Part shown: one piece after another, positions 59,587 to 64,000 of the stretch
Layout: every line of letters starts with the position of its first letter
Numbering within the stretch: the first letter of the stretch is position 1
Virus record (IMG/VR): IMGVR_UViG_3300029305_004897
Location: 4,046-68,045 of that record
Direction: 5' to 3' (one strand)
From: a virus
Lineage: Duplodnaviria; Caudoviricetes
DNA length: 64,000 nucleotides
The notes under the pieces: generated by a model
Seen by the model: only the letters and a program-made list of their open reading frames with translations
Databases searched by the model: none
Told to the model about the DNA's origin: nothing
Program-made: the position numbers and the translations under genes

Positions 59587-59780
59587 TGCCATACAAGAAA
59601 GGAATCAATCAGGACAATGTGCCTACGGTTTACGGGAGAGATTCTGTAGACTGGGCCCTGCGGGCGGGAATCCTGAAGGAAGATGAGAGACACAACATTC
59701 ATCTGCAAAAGGTCTGCACACGGCAGGAAGCAATTCAGTATTTAAAAGGTCTTTATGATCTGTTGAAAAAGAAAGGATAA
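59586..59780 (+). CDS. Stand-alone SLH-like domain protein
   Basis: YGRDSVDWALRAGIL...CTRQEAIQYL pattern. Confidence 0.55.
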   Translation: MPYKKGINQDNVPTVYGRDSVDWALRAGILKEDERHNIHLQKVCTRQEAIQYLKGLYDLLKKKG

Positions 59781-59783
59781 GAT

Positions 59784-60122
59784 ATGGATACGATGAAATG
59801 GGTAGAGCTGATTCTGGCGGTGGTTGCAGGTATACTTACCTGTATACCTCTGGTAATCAAGCTGATTGAACATGTACAGGCCAGTATCCGGGAAAAGAAC
59901 TGGCCGGAGATTATGGAACTGGTAATGGATCTGATGGCTGATGCAGAGAAGATGTTCGACGAAGGCTCTGAACGGAAAGAATGGGTTATGGATCAGATTG
60001 TATTTGTATCGGATCACGTAGATTATGATATCAACATGGCAGTGGTATCTAACATGATCGATGCGATGTGCGCAATGTCCAAAGCAGTAAATGTACAGGA
60101 GAAAGGGCCTACTGATGCGTAA
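59784..60122 (+). CDS. Putative holin
   Basis: Single N-terminal TM then AEKMFDEGSERKEWV...IDAMC, typical of Firmicutes phage holins. Confidence 0.65.
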   Translation: MDTMKWVELILAVVAGILTCIPLVIKLIEHVQASIREKNWPEIMELVMDLMADAEKMFDEGSERKEWVMDQIVFVSDHVDYDINMAVVSNMIDAMCAMSKAVNVQEKGPTDA

Positions 60123-60933
60123 TCCTGATAAACTGCCGGGCGGAGCAGACATCTGTGCAGAAGATGGAATCATTCGTTGGGAATCTGTTAAGACAGCACG
60201 GACACAGTTTGTTATGATCAAGGCGTCTGATGGAGGGGAGGAAGGCCTTCCCTGTTCTGCGGATCCGATGTTTTTGGAAAATGTACGTGGTGCTTATGCT
60301 GCCGGGCTGCGGGTTGGAGCGTACCATTGGTTTACAGCTATGTCTGTTGACGAAGCTAAAGACCAGGCAGCGTTCTTTTTGGAACAGATATCCATGGCTG
60401 GTGTTATGATAAACTTTTATTGTGGGGTTGTTTTAACGGAATGGGAAGACAGAGACAGCACATTTTTATTTGTGGATATTTTTATGGGACTTCTTTCGGC
60501 TGCGGGATATAAACCGATATTTTATGCTCCGACAGATTTTTTTGATGATCTCAAAAAACTTAATCTCCCTCTCTGGTTGCCCTGTTTACCGGATAATTGG
60601 GATGAACTACCACGAAACTTACAAAACTGCGCAGTGCTTTGGCAATACAGGACAGACACACTCCGTGGAATTGATGCGGATATGATGCGTTCTGTTCTGC
60701 TCCGTCCGGAAGTTTTGATGCTGGATGATTTCAATGCATCCGTTATCCCGTACAGATTTTCTGGATCTGGTAGAAAGAAAAAGAATTTGTCGGCTCCGGA
60801 AGCGGACTGGGCGATACGGCTTGGTATCTGGCGTTCTAATGAAGAATTTGATCCTCAGGAAGAGATTACCAGAGAAGAGCTGATGATTATGTACAGGCGG
60901 TTTTACGATATGTGGGAAGCTGCACACAGATGA
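60115..60933 (+). CDS. GH25-like muramidase (degenerate) with C-terminal SLH-like motif
   Basis: GADIC...FVMIKASDG...GLRVGAYHWF...A.DQAAFF...WQY pattern; C-terminal DWAIRLGI...ITREEL; start moved to ATG 60115. Confidence 0.7.
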   Translation: MRNPDKLPGGADICAEDGIIRWESVKTARTQFVMIKASDGGEEGLPCSADPMFLENVRGAYAAGLRVGAYHWFTAMSVDEAKDQAAFFLEQISMAGVMINFYCGVVLTEWEDRDSTFLFVDIFMGLLSAAGYKPIFYAPTDFFDDLKKLNLPLWLPCLPDNWDELPRNLQNCAVLWQYRTDTLRGIDADMMRSVLLRPEVLMLDDFNASVIPYRFSGSGRKKKNLSAPEADWAIRLGIWRSNEEFDPQEEITREELMIMYRRFYDMWEAAHR

Positions 60934-60961
60934 CTGTGCGAGAAATGGAGTATATTTTGAA

Positions 60962-61576
60962 ATGGTGAATTTAATTGAATATCTGGGGATACCTAAAACC
61001 ATTGGTATTGTACTGGTTGGGATTCTTCTGGTAACACAAGTGATCGGGATTATACTGGACATTAAAGGAAAATATGTGCCTGAATTCTTGAGTCTACGTA
61101 AATATTTTTTAAGACGAAAACAAGAGCGTCAGGCACTTCGTGATCTTCCGCAGGCTCTTATAAAAATGGAAGGGCTTTATGAGGATATGCTTGAACACTA
61201 TAACGCGGATAATATTGCTATGCGGGATGAATGGATTCGCGGAGTTAATGAAGGTATGAAACAACACGACGAAAATATGCAGGAGATATCCAGGAAGCTG
61301 GATCAGAATAATCACGACACACTGGAAATTAAGATTGAAAACATGCGGTCGGAAATCATAAATTTTGCCACGCTTGTCAGCGATGAAAAGATGCCAGTAA
61401 CCAAGGAACGATTTGACAGGATGTTCCGACTTTACGAACGATATGAAAACATACTGGAAGAAAACAAAATGACAAACGGGCAAGTGGATATATCTTATCA
61501 ACTGATCCGCGAAGCATATGAAAAGCACGTACGGGATCGTACATTTATTGAAGATTCCCGTGGAATGTACAAGTAA
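60962..61576 (+). CDS. Membrane-anchored coiled-coil protein of the lysis region
   Basis: N-terminal TM then MRSEIINFA...YENIL...NGQV motif. Confidence 0.6.
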   Translation: MVNLIEYLGIPKTIGIVLVGILLVTQVIGIILDIKGKYVPEFLSLRKYFLRRKQERQALRDLPQALIKMEGLYEDMLEHYNADNIAMRDEWIRGVNEGMKQHDENMQEISRKLDQNNHDTLEIKIENMRSEIINFATLVSDEKMPVTKERFDRMFRLYERYENILEENKMTNGQVDISYQLIREAYEKHVRDRTFIEDSRGMYK

Positions 61577-61588
61577 GAAAGAAAGGAC

Positions 61589-61612
61589 AGGAGCGTTCGC
61601 GCTCCTTTTTTA
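61589..61612 (+). terminator. Rho-independent terminator
   Basis: AGGAGCG-TTCG-CGCTCCT plus T-run. Confidence 0.7.
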
Positions 61613-61621
61613 TTGCAGGAA

Positions 61622-62020
61622 ATGTTTGACATTGGTGATGTAGTTTCTGTTCGGACTGTACAGGTTGATGGATTTCCATACGGCAGAAATGCGATTGGCG
61701 GGCAATTCCCGGTAAACAGAGACTACTATGAAATTATTACGGATATTGGTAATGGCATCTACATTATCGGAGTTGGAAATCTTGCCATTGCTGCTGTCTG
61801 CGCAGGAGAGCTCCGATTGGAAACTGTGATACTGGATTGGCCGAAAGTACCAGTTGGAGGCCCTGCCAAAATACGTAAAGGTTCCAGAAATTGGATGGGA
61901 TATCCCCTTCCTTCTTACATTTATGAACAGGATTTTGTCATTGACAGTGTATTATTTGATCGGGTTCTTTTGAGAAACGAAACCCTATCTTTGGCTGTTA
62001 GAGCGGAGGATTTATTATGA
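61622..62020 (+). CDS. Hypothetical protein (SH3-like repeats)
   Basis: FDIGDVVSV and VGGPAKIRKG...Y.I.SV..DRVLL resemble lysin cell-wall-binding modules. Confidence 0.4.
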   Translation: MFDIGDVVSVRTVQVDGFPYGRNAIGGQFPVNRDYYEIITDIGNGIYIIGVGNLAIAAVCAGELRLETVILDWPKVPVGGPAKIRKGSRNWMGYPLPSYIYEQDFVIDSVLFDRVLLRNETLSLAVRAEDLL

Positions 62021-62235
62021 AGCAATTTATTAGTGGTGTTATGTTTGGTATACTGGTGATCCCGGTTGTATCTTATACTGTACAGATATTGGAGACAGCG
62101 GCGAATCTTGTAATCACAAAGCTGTCTGTAGTGATGGCCAAGGATGCGGCGGAGCTGGAACAAGATGGATCAACCACGACATCAGCAATTGGATTCTGCG
62201 CTCCTGATGAAAATGATGAGGAGGAAGAGGAATGA
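62017..62235 (+). CDS. Small membrane protein
   Basis: Hydrophobic N-terminus; AIGF motif and acidic tail. Confidence 0.5.
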   Translation: MKQFISGVMFGILVIPVVSYTVQILETAANLVITKLSVVMAKDAAELEQDGSTTTSAIGFCAPDENDEEEEE

Positions 62236-63656
62236 AGAAGACCAAAGTTCAATTTCTTGGAAACTCTGCCACGGATGTAACGCAGAGTTGTTATCAGGTG
62301 GTTTCTGAAAAGTACACAATACTTCTTGATTATGGTCTCTATCAAGATCAAAATCCAATAGAGAACTATAAGGTTAATCACGCAAAGATCAAAGAAATAC
62401 GCCCAAGAAAAATAGACTACATCTTTATTTCTCATGCAAATATTGACCATTGCGGCGCTTTACCGGAATTGTATCGTCGTGGCTGCACGGCGAAAATTGT
62501 AGTCCCGCGAGGCAATAAAGAGTTGATTGCACTGATGCTTCGAGACTCTGCCAAAATCATGTCATCGGATGCCGAGAAACTGAAGAAAATTTATAAAATG
62601 AAGGCATGTCCTCTTTACACAGAGGAGGATATAGAAGTTTGTCTGGAAAACATGGAGGAATACGAATTTGATAGGGAGTATTTTCTGGCAGAGGATCTTT
62701 CATTTACTTTTTATGCGGCAAATCACATTGTGAATGCGGCGCAGATTGTACTATCTATTCGTAATGAGCTTGATATGCCGAAGCGGATTCTGTACACAGG
62801 AGATATTGGGTCGCCATCCATTCAAAAAATGTACACGAAACCATTTTGCTGTCCGGATGAATATATGGACCTGGTGATCGGGGAGTCTACGTATGCAGGA
62901 AATCAGAGGGTTCATCAGTTGCGGGACAGAGATAAAGACAAGGAAAAGATACGGGCGATCATAACAGAGTCTTGTATAGATGCAGGCGGAAAGGTGTTAT
63001 TCCCCGTATTTGCGCTGGATAGATTGCAAGTTGTTTTAACGGTGCTCTATGAAATTTATGGAGAGGATCCTGATTTTCGGATTCCCGTTATTGTGGATAC
63101 ACCGCTTGGTGTTGCCGTAACAACGATGTGGAGAAATCTGATTGCTTGTGGGAATACACTCTGGACTCGGGTTCTTGATTGGAAGAATATTCATTTTACG
63201 TCCAGCTGGGAAGAAAGTCTGGAATATCAAAAATCCAAAGAACCGATGGTCATACTGGCATCCAGCGGAATGTGTACTAACGGACGATCTGTTGCCTGGG
63301 TGAAAAATTTACTGCCGCTTGAAAAGAATCACATTTGTTTTTGCGGATACAGTGCTGCTGGCTCTCTGGCTGCAAAGATAAAAGAAGGATGCGGCAAGAA
63401 TCCTACGTTACAAGTAGAGGGACGAAATGTCCCGAATCGAGCAAAGATAACCTCTTTGTTCAGTTTCAGTTCTCATGCTTGCCGGGCAGAACTAATGGAA
63501 TACTATTCATCTCTGCGTTACGGAAGATTATGTTTAGTACATGGAGATCAAAACGATAAGTCGGAATTCGGTACAGAATTACGTGAGAAACTTCTTGATA
63601 ATGGAATTTCTTCCCCTGTGATAGCGGCATTTACAGGATATGAAATTTCTATTTGA
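62232..63656 (+). CDS. Metallo-beta-lactamase/beta-CASP ribonuclease
   Basis: LLDYGLYQ, SHANIDHCGALP, NHIVNAA, TGDIG, ESTY, ASSGMC, FCGY, FSSHAC and LVHGD match the beta-CASP motifs. Confidence 0.88.
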   Translation: MKKTKVQFLGNSATDVTQSCYQVVSEKYTILLDYGLYQDQNPIENYKVNHAKIKEIRPRKIDYIFISHANIDHCGALPELYRRGCTAKIVVPRGNKELIALMLRDSAKIMSSDAEKLKKIYKMKACPLYTEEDIEVCLENMEEYEFDREYFLAEDLSFTFYAANHIVNAAQIVLSIRNELDMPKRILYTGDIGSPSIQKMYTKPFCCPDEYMDLVIGESTYAGNQRVHQLRDRDKDKEKIRAIITESCIDAGGKVLFPVFALDRLQVVLTVLYEIYGEDPDFRIPVIVDTPLGVAVTTMWRNLIACGNTLWTRVLDWKNIHFTSSWEESLEYQKSKEPMVILASSGMCTNGRSVAWVKNLLPLEKNHICFCGYSAAGSLAAKIKEGCGKNPTLQVEGRNVPNRAKITSLFSFSSHACRAELMEYYSSLRYGRLCLVHGDQNDKSEFGTELREKLLDNGISSPVIAAFTGYEISI

Positions 63657-63664
63657 GTAAGTAT

Positions 63665-63725
63665 AAAAAAGGCACACTTCACTTAGGCTGACTGTTGTCG
63701 GCGTTAGGTGGGTGTGCCTTTTTTA
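63665..63725. terminator. Long bidirectional terminator hairpin
   Basis: AAAAAAGGCACAC 63665-77 / GTGTGCCTTTTTT 63712-24 with an inner stem. Confidence 0.7.
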
Positions 63726-63797
63726 TAGCTATTCAATTTGGACATGGTTGCTCCTATGTATGCTCCCGAAGGAGCTGCTGTATTGGGATCATTGATT

Positions 63798-63818
63798 TGT
63801 GGTAAAAGTGTGGTAAAA
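63798..63818. repeat. Tandem 10-nt direct repeat TGTGGTAAAA x2
   Basis: Copies at 63798-807 and 63809-818. Confidence 0.6.
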
Positions 63819-63924
63819 TATTAACTATAGTAAAAACAAGATATGCGTTTTCCTTTGTGTTTCCTCACTATCTTGTATTTGACGTAGAAAAATCAAAATA
63901 ATTTCAATTTTTTTGAAAAAAAGC

Positions 63925-63953
63925 TTGACACAGGCCCACTCTCCTACTATAAT
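63925..63953 (+). promoter_or_regulatory. Perfect sigmaA consensus promoter for a gene beyond the window
   Basis: TTGACA-17 nt-TATAAT with an upstream A/T tract; GGAGG RBS at the window end. Confidence 0.8.
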
Positions 63954-64000
63954 AATAGATGTTATTGCCATAAATGGCATACTACAGAAAATGCAGGAGG

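Noticed and set aside
63686-63754. Minus-strand 22 aa ORF MSKLNSYKKKAHPPNADNSQPK with a GGAG RBS as a type I toxin
   Set aside because: Not hydrophobic, runs through the terminator hairpin, and has no further support.
1-64000. CRISPR array, tRNA, rRNA, reverse transcriptase or invertase shufflon
   Set aside because: None found by eye; the repeats seen are protein-coding. tRNAscan and CRISPR tools were not run.

Overview
This window is the plus-strand virion and lysis module of a large tailed phage or prophage, most likely a long-tailed siphovirus of Clostridia/Bacillota (inference from the SPbeta-like gene order, sigmaA-type promoters and SLH-like domains). Gene order: terminase, portal, protease/scaffold, capsid, neck, tail tube, tape measure protein (TMP), Dit, Tal, about 25 kb of fibre/adhesin-like genes, lysis genes and a beta-CASP nuclease. 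The ORF track fragments two genes because three group I introns interrupt them; I located all three to the nucleotide by base-pairing and reading-frame restoration. TMP = join(14083-16959, 18296-18715, 20991-25544), 2616 aa. A giant CotH-kinase-like/LRR protein = join(37828-41309, 41602-45424), 2434 aa. Intron 1 (16960-18295) carries a Vsr-like homing endonuclease in P6. Intron 3 (41310-41601) is ORF-less. The standout is intron 2 (18716-20990, 2275 nt). Its P9 region loops out about 1.9 kb of cargo with no endonuclease or transposase: a SLOG-family gene, a MazF/PemK-like toxin gene with no protein antitoxin, a pseudoknotted small RNA with a terminator, and a membrane-protein gene, with three consensus-type sigmaA promoters. 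It looks like a self-splicing ribozyme used as a silent landing pad for a toxin/defence cassette inside an essential gene. All family assignments come from motif recognition by eye, not database searches.
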